In this document: positions 29,512-39,525 of the stretch, piece after piece
Numbering within the stretch: the stretch's first letter is position 1
Layout: every line of letters starts with the position of its first letter
Source of the DNA: Candidatus Omnitrophota bacterium
GTDB taxonomy: Bacteria; Omnitrophota; Gorgyraeia; Zapsychrales; Zapsychraceae
Assembly (NCBI GenBank): GCA_023247445.1
Contig: JAHFGL010000005.1
Span: forward strand, 11,087-75,086
Direction: 5' to 3'
DNA length: 64,000 nucleotides
Program-made: the position numbers and the translations under genes
Notes under the pieces: generated by a model
Told to the model about the DNA's origin: nothing
Seen by the model: only the letters and a program-made list of their open reading frames with translations
Database searches by the model: none

Positions 29512-30237
29512 CTAATTTAATATTTGTTTTATCGTTGAGATTAATAATTTGGGATTAACTGGTTTGGTTAAATGACTAACAGCCCCGACCTCTATCTCAG
29601 CCTGAATATCATCTTGGGAATCTTTCGATGTCAGAAAAACAACAGGAATATTCTTTGTTGAAGGATCATTCTTAAGGCGTTTACAAACTTCTCGTCCTTT
29701 AATCCCTGGCAAAATTACATCTAAAAGAATCAAATCGGGTTTTTGTGCCTTAGCAATCTGTAAACCATATTCTCCGCTTGGCGCGCTTAAAACAGCATAT
29801 CCACTGGTCATCAAAATAGGTCGAATCGTTTTAATATGAATTTCGTCATCATCAACAATCAAAATGCTTCGCCACTCTTTTGTCGTTTTGTCATGAAATT
29901 GTATTTTGACTTTTTCCTGACTGAAATACAAAAAAACCACAATGTTCATAAAAACAAAATAAATGGGAATTATATGAAGTTTCGGGATATACGGTGTAAT
30001 CAAACTAAAAAACATAATAATATTTAAAATGACAATTAAGCGTCTACCCCAGTCTTTGAGAGAAATGACGGCTAGAGAACAGATAAATAAAACGGCAGAA
30101 AGTACAATGTAGACAAAAGTACGTAGGTGATCATCTCCGGGAACGCGAATCGCGCCTAAGAAAACAAGCAGAGAAACCCCGTAAAGAATGGTTAAGGCGA
30201 ATCCAATAATTTTTAAATCAGGAAGAATTCTTTTCAT
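29512..30237 (-). CDS. Membrane-anchored receiver-domain protein
   Basis: About 4 TM helices then ILIVDDD, PDLILLDV, FLT, LTKP. Confidence 0.85.
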   Translation of the reverse strand: MKRILPDLKIIGFALTILYGVSLLVFLGAIRVPGDDHLRTFVYIVLSAVLFICSLAVISLKDWGRRLIVILNIIMFFSLITPYIPKLHIIPIYFVFMNIVVFLYFSQEKVKIQFHDKTTKEWRSILIVDDDEIHIKTIRPILMTSGYAVLSAPSGEYGLQIAKAQKPDLILLDVILPGIKGREVCKRLKNDPSTKNIPVVFLTSKDSQDDIQAEIEVGAVSHLTKPVNPKLLISTIKQILN

Positions 30238-31735
30238 GTCGTCTCGTTTTTAAAACCGCCAGTAGTATACATCCAAAACAAAAATATGTAAAAATATCTC
30301 CAAATTTTGTGTAAAAGGTTTTTTCAGAATTAAGCTGAGCATGGGCAACAGCATAATTAATGACAAATGTTTTCTTATGATGAGTATCTTCCACATATTT
30401 AGTAATATGCCCAAAGCGGTCAATAAAACAGCTGACGCCTGTGTTGGCCGCACGAATAAGATCCCGTCTGTTCTCAACCGCTCGAAAGACAGAGCTTTGC
30501 AGATGCATAAATGGCTCTTTACTATCTTTAAACCACGCATCGTTTGTAATGTTAATCAACAATTGTGCTCCTTGATTAACGAATTTTCGGGCGAGTGCAG
30601 GAAGTGTATCTTCAAAACAAATTAATGTAGAAAACCTTAGTGGTGAGCTTGTCGAACCATTAGCTTCTCTTACTGAGGGAAATGAAAAGATTGTATGCTT
30701 ATGGCCTGCCGTAAAATCGGCGATGGGAACAATAAACTGTAAAGCGGGAAATGTATGACGAAAAGGAATAAACTCTCCAAAAGGAACCAATCGAATCTTG
30801 TCATAACGATCAACTACCTCTCCTCTATTTGATAAAAGAACTGCCGAATTATAATAAGCATCATCTTCCATAAGCACTGAACCAAAAAGAAGAGGAATCT
30901 TGACCCCTCTTACAAAATCCTGTAATTGCGCAAATAATCCTTCGTCCTCTCCAATAATATCGGGAAAAGATGTCTCGGGCCAAACAATAAGATCGGGTTT
31001 CTCTTGCGCGGCTAATTCTGTGAGCGTTTGGTGATCATTTAAGATTTTTGAGTACAAAGATTCAACCCATTTCATTTCTTGCGGGATGCTTGCCTGAACA
31101 ACAGCCACAGACATTTGCGGTAAATTTTCTTTCGTCTGATTTAAACGAAAAAATCCGTAAGAAAGGACTATCCCCAACACAAGAAGAACAACAATCGCTG
31201 ATTGATATATTTCTTTTTTAAGAAACCGCCCATTAAAAAATTCTTTTAGCAAAACATTGACCATAACAATTAGAAACGATAAACCATAAATACCGGTAAT
31301 ATCGACGATTTGAATAAGCGGCAATGCCTTCGATTGCGATTCCCCAAGTGCCGCCCAACCAAATCCGCTAAATAAATGCGCTCGTGTATATTCTAAAGCA
31401 ACCCACAAACTGGGAATGACAATAATCTTAAAAAAAATATTTTGTTTGGAAAAATACTGATATCCGAGGGCAAAACAACCAAAGTAGATAGCACAATAGA
31501 GGCTTAAGAGAATTGTGCCAACAACCGTCACATTCGTTAACCAAAAAAATGATATGAAGAAAAAAATGAATCCACTCAAAAATCCAAAACTACCCGCTTG
31601 CTTATAATTTTGTTTATCAAAAAGACAAAATAAAGGAACAAACCCTATCCAAGCTAAAATCCAAATATTTGTTTGGGGAAAAGTTAAGGCGAGTAGGACC
31701 GCTGAAAGTAACGACAGAAAATAATTTAAGATCAT
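30218..31735 (-). CDS. lnt: Apolipoprotein N-acyltransferase
   Basis: VWPET, YDKIRLVPFGE, ICFED, TNDAWF, RAANTGVS. Confidence 0.95.
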   Translation of the reverse strand: MILNYFLSLLSAVLLALTFPQTNIWILAWIGFVPLFCLFDKQNYKQAGSFGFLSGFIFFFISFFWLTNVTVVGTILLSLYCAIYFGCFALGYQYFSKQNIFFKIIVIPSLWVALEYTRAHLFSGFGWAALGESQSKALPLIQIVDITGIYGLSFLIVMVNVLLKEFFNGRFLKKEIYQSAIVVLLVLGIVLSYGFFRLNQTKENLPQMSVAVVQASIPQEMKWVESLYSKILNDHQTLTELAAQEKPDLIVWPETSFPDIIGEDEGLFAQLQDFVRGVKIPLLFGSVLMEDDAYYNSAVLLSNRGEVVDRYDKIRLVPFGEFIPFRHTFPALQFIVPIADFTAGHKHTIFSFPSVREANGSTSSPLRFSTLICFEDTLPALARKFVNQGAQLLINITNDAWFKDSKEPFMHLQSSVFRAVENRRDLIRAANTGVSCFIDRFGHITKYVEDTHHKKTFVINYAVAHAQLNSEKTFYTKFGDIFTYFCFGCILLAVLKTRRHEKNSS

Positions 31736-31759
31736 ACGATCAACCCCGAACCCGTTGAT

Positions 31760-31905
31760 TTATCCCAAATTTTGCACGCACACATAATTTATGCACAAAA
31801 ATGTGCGTTCAAAATTATGGGATTACCCCGCCAAAGTTGTCGATATCTCCAACGGCATCAACTTTGTCGGCCCTTTGGGCGGATTTTGCTATTGCAAAAT
31901 CCGGG
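31760..31905. repeat. 146-bp structured dispersed repeat, copy 1
   Basis: Four mismatches to 61230-61375; three hairpins. Confidence 0.92.
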
Positions 31906-31942
31906 TTTATTAGAAGACTACTGGCCTTTTGATTGTAGATCT

Positions 31943-34930
31943 TCATTGACCACAGCATTTCTTATATTTCTTTCCACTCCCGCATGGGCATGGATCATTG
32001 CGGCCAACTTTAGGACCTTCATTGCGCATCGGTGCTGAGCTGGACACGGGAACAGATTGAGGAGCTGACGGAGGAACTTGTCCTTGGGCTTGAGCTTGCT
32101 GCATTAAAGCAGCATTGGATAAACCAGAAATTTCATCATGGACTAATTTTTGTGGCAATGAACTAAAGACGCCTTTAATTTTACTTTCTTTTTCAGCAGG
32201 CTGAATCTTAAATATCATTTCCGCCACTTCTTGATTGATCGATGAATACATCACCTGAAACATCGCAAAGGCTTCTTTCTTATACTCAATCAAAGGATCA
32301 CGTTGACCATAAGATCTAAGGCCAATTCCTTCTTTTAATTGATCCATCGCATACAAATGATCTTTCCATTTTGAGTCAATGGTGTGAAGCATAAACATCC
32401 GTTCCAGATGTCGCAAATGGATTGGATCAATATCTTTTTCTTTTTGATTATATATTTCATTAACTTCTTTAATAATAAAATCAGACGCCTCTTGTTGCCC
32501 CATGCTTTTTAATTTTTCTTTATGCGACGTAACATCATAATTAAATGTCGTCTTTAAATAAACGGCCAATCCTTCAACATCCGGCTCAACGCCTTCTTTC
32601 TCTGAAACCAAATATTGGGCAACCGCGGCATATAATGTATCGCCCACCGCCTCAACAATAAGATCTTTCACATTATCTGTTTCTAAAATTGATCGACGCA
32701 AACTATAAATAACCTCACGCTGGAGATTCATGACGTTATCGTATTCCAAAAGATGTTTACGAATCTCGAAGTTATGTGTCTCAACACGTTTCTGCGCTGT
32801 TTCAAGCGCCTTACTTAACCACGGATGTTCCAGCGCCTGACCTTCGTCCATTCCCAAACGCTCCATAAGTCCCATGATTCGATCCGAAGCAAAGAGTCGC
32901 ATTAAATCATCTTCCAAAGAAACATAAAAGCGCGAAGAACCTGGATCACCTTGACGTCCCTGACGACCGCGCAGCTGATTATCGATCCGTCTCGATTCAT
33001 GACGTTCCGTGCCCAAGACATGTAACCCACCAGCAGCGACAACCTTGTCATGCTCTTCTTTAACTTGCTGACGGAATTGTTCAATAAACTTCTGGACCAA
33101 TTGAGCCTGCGCATCTTTATCTTGTGAATCTTTTGATTTTTCTTCAGCCAATTTCTTTGCCAAATATTCTGCATTTCCTCCCAAAACAATATCCGTTCCA
33201 CGTCCGGCCATATTGGTGGCGATTGTGACCGCCCTATACCGGCCCGCTTGCGCGATGATGTGCGCTTCCATCTCGTGATACTTAGCATTTAATACTTGAT
33301 GCGCAATCCCTTTCTCTTTAAGCATCCGAGATAAAAGTTCCGACTTCTCAATAGAAATTGTACCAACCAAGGCCGGTTGTCCACGTTTATGACAATCTTC
33401 AATTTCCGTTACAACAGCCGTAAACTTTTCTTTTAACGATTTATAAATACAATCGGCATGATTAACACGTTGAACTTTTCTATTTGGTGGAATAACAATA
33501 CAGTCGAGATTATAGATTTGTTTAAATTCGTTAGCTTCTGTTTCGGCGGTACCCGTCATCCCCGCTAATTTTTCATACAAACGGAAATAATTTTGGAAGG
33601 TAATCGTCGCTAGAGTCTGATTCTCACGCTCGATCTTAATTCCTTCTTTAGCCTCTACCGCTTGATGCAGCCCATCCGACCAACGTCGGCCCGGCATCAA
33701 ACGCCCGGTAAATTCATCGACAATAATAACCTCGCCGTCATTGACGACATAATCAACATCAATCTTAAAAAATTCTTTTGCTTTTATAGCTTGCAGAATA
33801 TGATGGCGATATTCAATTGTTTCCATGTCATGCATATTCGGTATGCCAAAAAGCTGCGCCGCTTTCGTTTCACCTTCTTCGGTCAGCGAAATCGATCGAT
33901 TCTTTTCATCCGCTAGATAATCATATCCTTTGGCTAAATCAATCTCTTTGTGTTTTGCCTCAATTTGATCATTTTCCGTAATCCGTCGACCTTTAAGTTG
34001 TTTACAAATCACATTGGCCTTGTAATACGTGTCGGTCGACTCTTCTGCCGGGCCAGAAATAATAAGCGGGGTGCGAGCTTCGTCAATTAAAATACTATCA
34101 ACTTCGTCAACAATCGCAAAATGGTGAGCACGCTGCACCATGTCTTCCTTATAGTTGACCATGTTGCTGCGCAAATAATCAAAACCAAATTCATTGTTAG
34201 TTCCATAGGTAATATCACATCCATAGGCCGCTTGACGCGAAGGAGGATCCATATCGTGTTGAATAACACCAACAGTTAATCCAAGCGATTCATAAATAGG
34301 ACCCATCCAATTGCGGTCACGATTAGCCAAATAATCATTAACCGTGACCACATGAACGCCATCGCCGGTTAACGCATTTAGATACGCCGGCAATGTGGCC
34401 ACAAGTGTCTTTCCTTCCCCCGTCGTCATCTCCGCGATATTGCCGCCATGCAAAACCATTCCACCAATCATCTGCACATCAAAATGCCGCATGTTTAAAA
34501 CACGCTTGCCCATCTCTCGAACAATGGCAAAGGCCTCCGGCAAAATTTTATTTAAAAAATCTCCTTTAGCCTTCTTTAAAATTTCTTTAGCCTTCTCTAC
34601 TTGTAGATTAATTTCTTCTTTACCTTCTCCCTCGGGAGCTTTTCTATAAAGCTCTAAAATACGATCATATTCCTGTCTCTCTTTTTCAACAGCCTTTTGA
34701 TATTGAGCCTTAAATTGTTCTGTTTTAGCGCGCAACTGATCGCTAGTTAATTGGCTGATTTGAGATTCAAGACTGTTAATCTTAGAAACAGTTGCTGACA
34801 TTTTTCTAAGTAGCGCAATGGAAGGTAAAAGCAAATCTGGTGGGACGTGAATATCCACCTTAGGATTTAATTGATCAATAAATTTTTGTGCACCGCTGAC
34901 AATGGTATTTCGTATTAAAAAATCAAACAT
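31943..34930 (-). CDS. secA: Preprotein translocase ATPase SecA
   Basis: EMTTGEGKT, DEVDSILIDEARTPLIISG, ATNMAGRGTDI, GRNDPCPCGSGKKYKKCC. Confidence 0.98.
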   Translation of the reverse strand: MFDFLIRNTIVSGAQKFIDQLNPKVDIHVPPDLLLPSIALLRKMSATVSKINSLESQISQLTSDQLRAKTEQFKAQYQKAVEKERQEYDRILELYRKAPEGEGKEEINLQVEKAKEILKKAKGDFLNKILPEAFAIVREMGKRVLNMRHFDVQMIGGMVLHGGNIAEMTTGEGKTLVATLPAYLNALTGDGVHVVTVNDYLANRDRNWMGPIYESLGLTVGVIQHDMDPPSRQAAYGCDITYGTNNEFGFDYLRSNMVNYKEDMVQRAHHFAIVDEVDSILIDEARTPLIISGPAEESTDTYYKANVICKQLKGRRITENDQIEAKHKEIDLAKGYDYLADEKNRSISLTEEGETKAAQLFGIPNMHDMETIEYRHHILQAIKAKEFFKIDVDYVVNDGEVIIVDEFTGRLMPGRRWSDGLHQAVEAKEGIKIERENQTLATITFQNYFRLYEKLAGMTGTAETEANEFKQIYNLDCIVIPPNRKVQRVNHADCIYKSLKEKFTAVVTEIEDCHKRGQPALVGTISIEKSELLSRMLKEKGIAHQVLNAKYHEMEAHIIAQAGRYRAVTIATNMAGRGTDIVLGGNAEYLAKKLAEEKSKDSQDKDAQAQLVQKFIEQFRQQVKEEHDKVVAAGGLHVLGTERHESRRIDNQLRGRQGRQGDPGSSRFYVSLEDDLMRLFASDRIMGLMERLGMDEGQALEHPWLSKALETAQKRVETHNFEIRKHLLEYDNVMNLQREVIYSLRRSILETDNVKDLIVEAVGDTLYAAVAQYLVSEKEGVEPDVEGLAVYLKTTFNYDVTSHKEKLKSMGQQEASDFIIKEVNEIYNQKEKDIDPIHLRHLERMFMLHTIDSKWKDHLYAMDQLKEGIGLRSYGQRDPLIEYKKEAFAMFQVMYSSINQEVAEMIFKIQPAEKESKIKGVFSSLPQKLVHDEISGLSNAALMQQAQAQGQVPPSAPQSVPVSSSAPMRNEGPKVGRNDPCPCGSGKKYKKCCGQ

Positions 34931-34957
34931 AATTCTCCTCGATATTGTTTATAATTC

Positions 34958-36053
34958 CTAACTACTTGCCTTCATCTTAAGAAACGCCTCAATGAAAAGA
35001 TCAATTCCCCCATCCATCACCTTCGCAACATTGCCCGTCTCTGCGTCGGTGCGATGATCTTTAACCATGGAGTACGGATGCATGACATACGATCGAATTT
35101 GACTTCCCCACTCAATCTTTTGTTTGGCCCCATGTTCTTTCGCGATCTGCTCTTCCTGCTCTTGTTCTTTTAATTCATATAATTTCGCGCGTAAAATCTT
35201 CATCGCGGTTTGCCTATTTTGTAACTGTGAACGTTCATTTTGACAAGCCACAATTATACCTGTGGGCATGTGCGTAATGCGAACAGCGGAATCCGTTGTG
35301 TTAACACTTTGTCCGCCAGGCCCCGAAGAACGATAAACATCAATACGCAAATCTTCTGAATTAACAACGATGACAGAATCATCCTCAATTTCCGGAATAA
35401 CACTAACCGACGCAAAAGAAGTATGTCGACGCTTGTTAGAATCAAAAGGCGATATGCGCACCAACCGATGAACGCCCTTTTCCGTCTTTAAATATCCGTA
35501 GGCCATCTCTCCTTCGATATGAATCGTCACGTTCTTAATCCCGGCCTCTTCACCCGACAAAATATCAATGACCTTGACCTTCGCTTTATGTTCATCCGCC
35601 CAACGGCTATACATCCGAAGCAGCATACTCGCCCAATCACACGATTCTGTTCCGCCCGCTCCAGCATTAATACTTAAAATCGCATTGCTTCGATCGAATG
35701 GTCCAGCTAAAAGCGTTTGAAGCTCAAGCGCACTAGTTTCTTTATCCAACTCATTTAATTCCTGCTGAATCTGAATGAGAAATTCAGCCTCGTCTTGCGA
35801 AATCGTTGCCAACTCTTTAATATCATCCAATTTTTTGACACCACCCAAAAAAGGCTCAACACATCCTTTTAAATATTTCAACTCCCTCATTAGCTTATTG
35901 GATTCCGTCGAATTGTCCCAGAAATTGGCCAAAGTCATTTGCTCTTGAATAGCCTTAATGCGCCCTTCTTTTTGCGGCAGGTCAAAGAAACCCCCTGAGA
36001 TCTTGAATTTTTTTCTCGAGTGCAATTATTTTCTTTTGAATGTCGTCTAGCAT
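34958..36053 (-). CDS. prfB: Peptide chain release factor 2, +1 programmed frameshift
   Basis: SPF and GGQ motifs; true start ATG 36053 (MLDDIQKK...LRGFL) then CTT TGA C. Confidence 0.96.
35981..35996 (-). promoter_or_regulatory. RF2 frameshift cassette AGGGGG-TTT-CTT-TGA-C
   Basis: Internal SD-like sequence 3 nt before slippery CTT TGA C. Confidence 0.95.
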
Positions 36054-36125
36054 AGAAAAGTGAGTATAGCATAATCCATTTTAATATCAACCATCAGGAA
36101 TTCTTAGACCGTAACCCAATTTATA

Positions 36126-36548
36126 TTATTTTGCATCTTCTACCCAAATAAGCTTCTTACCAATCGCTTCCTTGCGCATTGATTCATAAAATTTTCGGTC
36201 GGCCGTCACTAAAGAACATCCATGCCCAATCGCCAGCGCAAGATACAAACTATCGTAGACACTTACCTTGTACTCGATGGCTAAACTCCATGCTGCATCA
36301 AGCAAACCTTTGGTTCTATAGATTTGCAGAGGAAAACGCAAGAAATCCTTGAGAATGCCGCTAGATTCTTCAGTTGTAATTTCTTTTCGGAGAATTTTCT
36401 TCCAAAGTGTATTGCCAACCTCAGCCCAAATAAGATCAGGGGCCAGAAGTTTTTGTCTGGCTTCTAAAATCTTCCCTGCAGCTTCTGAATGTATTTCGGG
36501 AAGGAACCACTTGACAGCCACGCTGGCATCAACAACACAGGCGTTCAA
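36126..36548 (-). CDS. VapC/PIN-domain toxin
   Basis: VVDASVAVKWF, E..N, YDSLYLALA, LVTAD. Confidence 0.92.
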   Translation of the reverse strand: MNACVVDASVAVKWFLPEIHSEAAGKILEARQKLLAPDLIWAEVGNTLWKKILRKEITTEESSGILKDFLRFPLQIYRTKGLLDAAWSLAIEYKVSVYDSLYLALAIGHGCSLVTADRKFYESMRKEAIGKKLIWVEDAK

Positions 36549-36775
36549 CGATTCCGGTCCTCACGAATAAGCGTGGAACTATCACTTAATTTTCGGCCGG
36601 AAAAGTTTTTATGCCATTTTGCAGATACCGACGCCGCTTCTCCCATCAAAAAAGATGCAGCTTCAGTCAAAATAGCTTTAATCTCCCCCTGTAAAGATCG
36701 CCCATGGCGCTTGGCAATGGTTTTTAATCTATTAACAATTTTAGCATCCAAATCTCTTACAAGAATACTCGACAT
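36545..36775 (-). CDS. FitA-like ribbon-helix-helix antitoxin
   Basis: MSSILVRDLD...LK..AKRHGRSLQGE...IL; LIREDR end overlaps toxin start. Confidence 0.88.
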   Translation of the reverse strand: MSSILVRDLDAKIVNRLKTIAKRHGRSLQGEIKAILTEAASFLMGEAASVSAKWHKNFSGRKLSDSSTLIREDRNR

Positions 36776-36796
36776 CGATCTCACCGTCCTTTTTTT

Positions 36797-36819
36797 AAAA
36801 TGATAGCAAAATGATAGCA
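36797..36819. promoter_or_regulatory. Putative antitoxin operator, tandem TGATAGCA
   Basis: AAAATGATAGC twice, directly upstream of the antitoxin. Confidence 0.6.
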
Positions 36820-36851
36820 TGCTTAGAATATTCTGTCAAATTGGGCTCAGG

Positions 36852-37931
36852 TTAAGAAAAGTTACTTCTAATCCCCTTCATCGCCAAATCAAATTCGTCT
36901 TTACTGTCGGCAAGGCGCCTGGCTTCTTCCCTATCAACGATTCCATCCTTAACAAGCTTAACCAAGGATTGTTTAAACGATTGCATACCAAAAAGTTCAC
37001 CCTGATCAATAAAGCCTTGAATCTCTTGGACACGACCTTCACGAATAAGACGAGCAATTGTCGGCGTTACAACCATAGTTTCATAAGCGGGAATTCGGCC
37101 TGTGCCGTCTTTGCGCGTAAGTAGTCGTAAAGAAATCGTCCCTTTTAAAATCATCGAAAGCTGCATCCGAACTTCTTCATGTAAATGCGGCGGGAAAAAG
37201 TTAATAATCCGAATAATTGTCTGAACAGCATTGATCGTATGAAATGTACTCATGACGAACATCCCCAACTCGGTGGCCATAATCGCGGCGCGCATGGTGG
37301 CCTCATCACGGATGTTTCCAATAAAAAGAATATCAGGACTTTGCTGCGTCATGTGACTTAGCGCATCGGTATAGGTAGGAACGTCTAATCCCAATTCACG
37401 TTGATTAATAATGCTTTGCTTGTCTTGAAAAAGAAATTCAATAGGATCTTCTATCGTCAGGATATGTCGAGGAGCCGTTACGTTAACGTATTCAACCATA
37501 CTCGCAATCGCGGTAGACTTACCATTACCCGCTGGCCCACAAACCAAAAATAGTCCTTTAGATTCATCACAAAAGCTTTTAAATAAATCGGCAGGCAAAT
37601 CTAATTGTTCAAAGGTTCGGATATGGTAATGGACATGTCGAATGACAATAGATGGCGTGCCTCTTTGGATAAAAACATTTACACGAAACCGTCCAAGGCC
37701 TGTTTCTTCATGAATAAAGTCGATGTCTTTTTGTTCCAGCAACGTTTCTTGTCGCTCTTCGTTGGCTAAAAGAAAAAGGGTGATCGATTGCATCTCTTCT
37801 CGACTAATTATATCTGTGCTAATTGTTTCAATCCGACCGTTAATACGCGCGCGCACATAGGCCCGCGTACGTAGATAAAGATCAGACGCCTCTTTTTCAA
37901 CCATCATTTTTAGAAATTCTTGAATTCTCAT
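36852..37931 (-). CDS. PilT/PilU-family ATPase
   Basis: ASDLYL, RFRVNVF.QRG, GPAGNGKST, TIEDPIEF, NQRE, GMQSF. Confidence 0.9.
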   Translation of the reverse strand: MRIQEFLKMMVEKEASDLYLRTRAYVRARINGRIETISTDIISREEMQSITLFLLANEERQETLLEQKDIDFIHEETGLGRFRVNVFIQRGTPSIVIRHVHYHIRTFEQLDLPADLFKSFCDESKGLFLVCGPAGNGKSTAIASMVEYVNVTAPRHILTIEDPIEFLFQDKQSIINQRELGLDVPTYTDALSHMTQQSPDILFIGNIRDEATMRAAIMATELGMFVMSTFHTINAVQTIIRIINFFPPHLHEEVRMQLSMILKGTISLRLLTRKDGTGRIPAYETMVVTPTIARLIREGRVQEIQGFIDQGELFGMQSFKQSLVKLVKDGIVDREEARRLADSKDEFDLAMKGIRSNFS

Positions 37932-38060
37932 ACGCTGCCTCTTTCTTTAATAAATATTTTCGGCCTCAATCTTATGCCGGCCATTTTACCTTTTTTTCCG
38001 CTGTTTAGCGATTATCTTTTCTTTTTCTCTCATAAGCCCAGAATGAGAGAGCAAACAAAG

Positions 38061-39296
38061 TTAATTGTGAAAGACATCCTTCTTTCTAAGAACCCGATGA
38101 TACGACACGGCAAACCGATGCGCCTCATCACGCACGCGTTGTAACAACTTCAGTCCCAACGAATCCTTAGCCAGTCGAGTCAAATTACGTTTATTCGGCA
38201 AGAAAACCTCCTCTTCGCGCTTGGCCAACGAGATAATCGGAATTCGAACATCCAATTTTTCCAACTCATCACACGCGGCGGCTAACTGCCCTTTGCCACC
38301 ATCGATCAAAATCAAATCAGGAAAAGATTTTGCTTCATTCTTTAAACGCAGATAACGCCGGCGAACAATCTCAGCAATCATCTTAAAATCATCAATGCCT
38401 TCAACTGTTTTAATTCGAAAACGTCGGTAGTTACTTTTATCGGGCTTACCTTGCGAAAAAGAAACCATCGATCCCACCGCCTGATTCCCCATAATGTTCG
38501 AAATATCAAAAGCCTCGATGCGCTCAGGCCGTCGCGAAAGATTCAAGGCCCGCTGCAGCTGCTCGGCCTCCTTATAATAATTAACATCTTTTGTCCCGGA
38601 ATAAAGAGCGCCGATGGCCTGAAGCTGGTTGCGAACCTTCGCCGCCTCTTCAAATTTCTGCGCCTTAACTAATGTCTGCATTTCTTCTTTTAAACTTTTA
38701 TAAAGAACATCTTTCTTTCCCTCAAGAATTAAAGAAACATTTCTAATATTCTTTAAATAATCTTCGCGGCTGATGTTGTCAATGCAAGGGGCATCGCAAA
38801 GACCCATATGATAATCGAGACATTCTTTTTTAGGAAATGGATCGCAGGTACGAAAATGAAAAATCTTACGGATGATCGTTAGCGCCTCACGGATTAACTT
38901 AGCATCAACATAAGGGCCGTAATATTTAGAACTCTTATTCTTTTCATGCGGGCGGGTTACGGATATCCGCGGAAACTTCTCTCCACTGATTTCAATATAA
39001 GGATAACTTTTATCGTCACGCAACTCAATATTGAACTTGGGATGATGTTCTTTGATCAGGCTTGCTTCTAAAATCAAGGCCTCAGCTTCGCTTGCGGTTT
39101 CAAGCGTCTCGATATCTTTTACTTCAGAAACGAGAAAATCTGTTTTGGAATGATGCTTGGCCTTACGAAAATACGACTGAACACGTTTACGTAAACTTAC
39201 CGCCTTGCCCACATAAATAATCTTTCCAACGGCATCTTTCATCAAATAAACCCCGCTTGTCGTTGGAATAACTTTTAGTTTTTGTTCAATGTCCAT
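38061..39296 (-). CDS. uvrC: Excinuclease UvrC, short form
   Basis: GVY..IYVGKA..LRKRV, Cys cluster, FDISN, DGGKGQL, RDEAHRFA; ends before HhH domain. Confidence 0.9.
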   Translation of the reverse strand: MDIEQKLKVIPTTSGVYLMKDAVGKIIYVGKAVSLRKRVQSYFRKAKHHSKTDFLVSEVKDIETLETASEAEALILEASLIKEHHPKFNIELRDDKSYPYIEISGEKFPRISVTRPHEKNKSSKYYGPYVDAKLIREALTIIRKIFHFRTCDPFPKKECLDYHMGLCDAPCIDNISREDYLKNIRNVSLILEGKKDVLYKSLKEEMQTLVKAQKFEEAAKVRNQLQAIGALYSGTKDVNYYKEAEQLQRALNLSRRPERIEAFDISNIMGNQAVGSMVSFSQGKPDKSNYRRFRIKTVEGIDDFKMIAEIVRRRYLRLKNEAKSFPDLILIDGGKGQLAAACDELEKLDVRIPIISLAKREEEVFLPNKRNLTRLAKDSLGLKLLQRVRDEAHRFAVSYHRVLRKKDVFHN

Positions 39297-39306
39297 TTAT
39301 CTTATT

Positions 39307-39503
39307 GTCATCCCCGAATGCTTTAATCGGGGATCTTAATCACGGGGTAAACTCCTTTGGATGCCCGCATTGACTTACCTTAATATAAGTTTTGAGAAGT
39401 CAATACTGCACTGGTCTTTTCTAATAGAAAAAGTCAATGCAGTACTGGTTACAAAAATAAAAGTTATGGAAAACCAGTGCCGACAGAAACATTCGGGCAT
39501 AAC
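39307..39503. repeat. GTCAT-ended REP-like pair interrupted by element E3
   Basis: GTCATCCCCGAATGCTTTAATCGGGGATC ... GATGCCC[insert]CGACAGAAACATTCGGGCAT; uninterrupted form at 56491-56520. Confidence 0.8.
39367..39480. mobile_element. 114-bp six-box element, copy E3
   Basis: GCATTGACT, AGTCAATAC, GCACTGGTC, AGTCAATGC, GTACTGGTT, AACCAGTGC. Confidence 0.82.
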
Positions 39504-39525
39504 AATTTTAAAAAAAATTCTATTG

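Noticed and set aside
31772-32038. ORFs over repeats and tRNAs (also 39361-39645, 26047-26229, 26658-26867, 52794-53102)
   Set aside because: Chance frames over non-coding elements with no protein features
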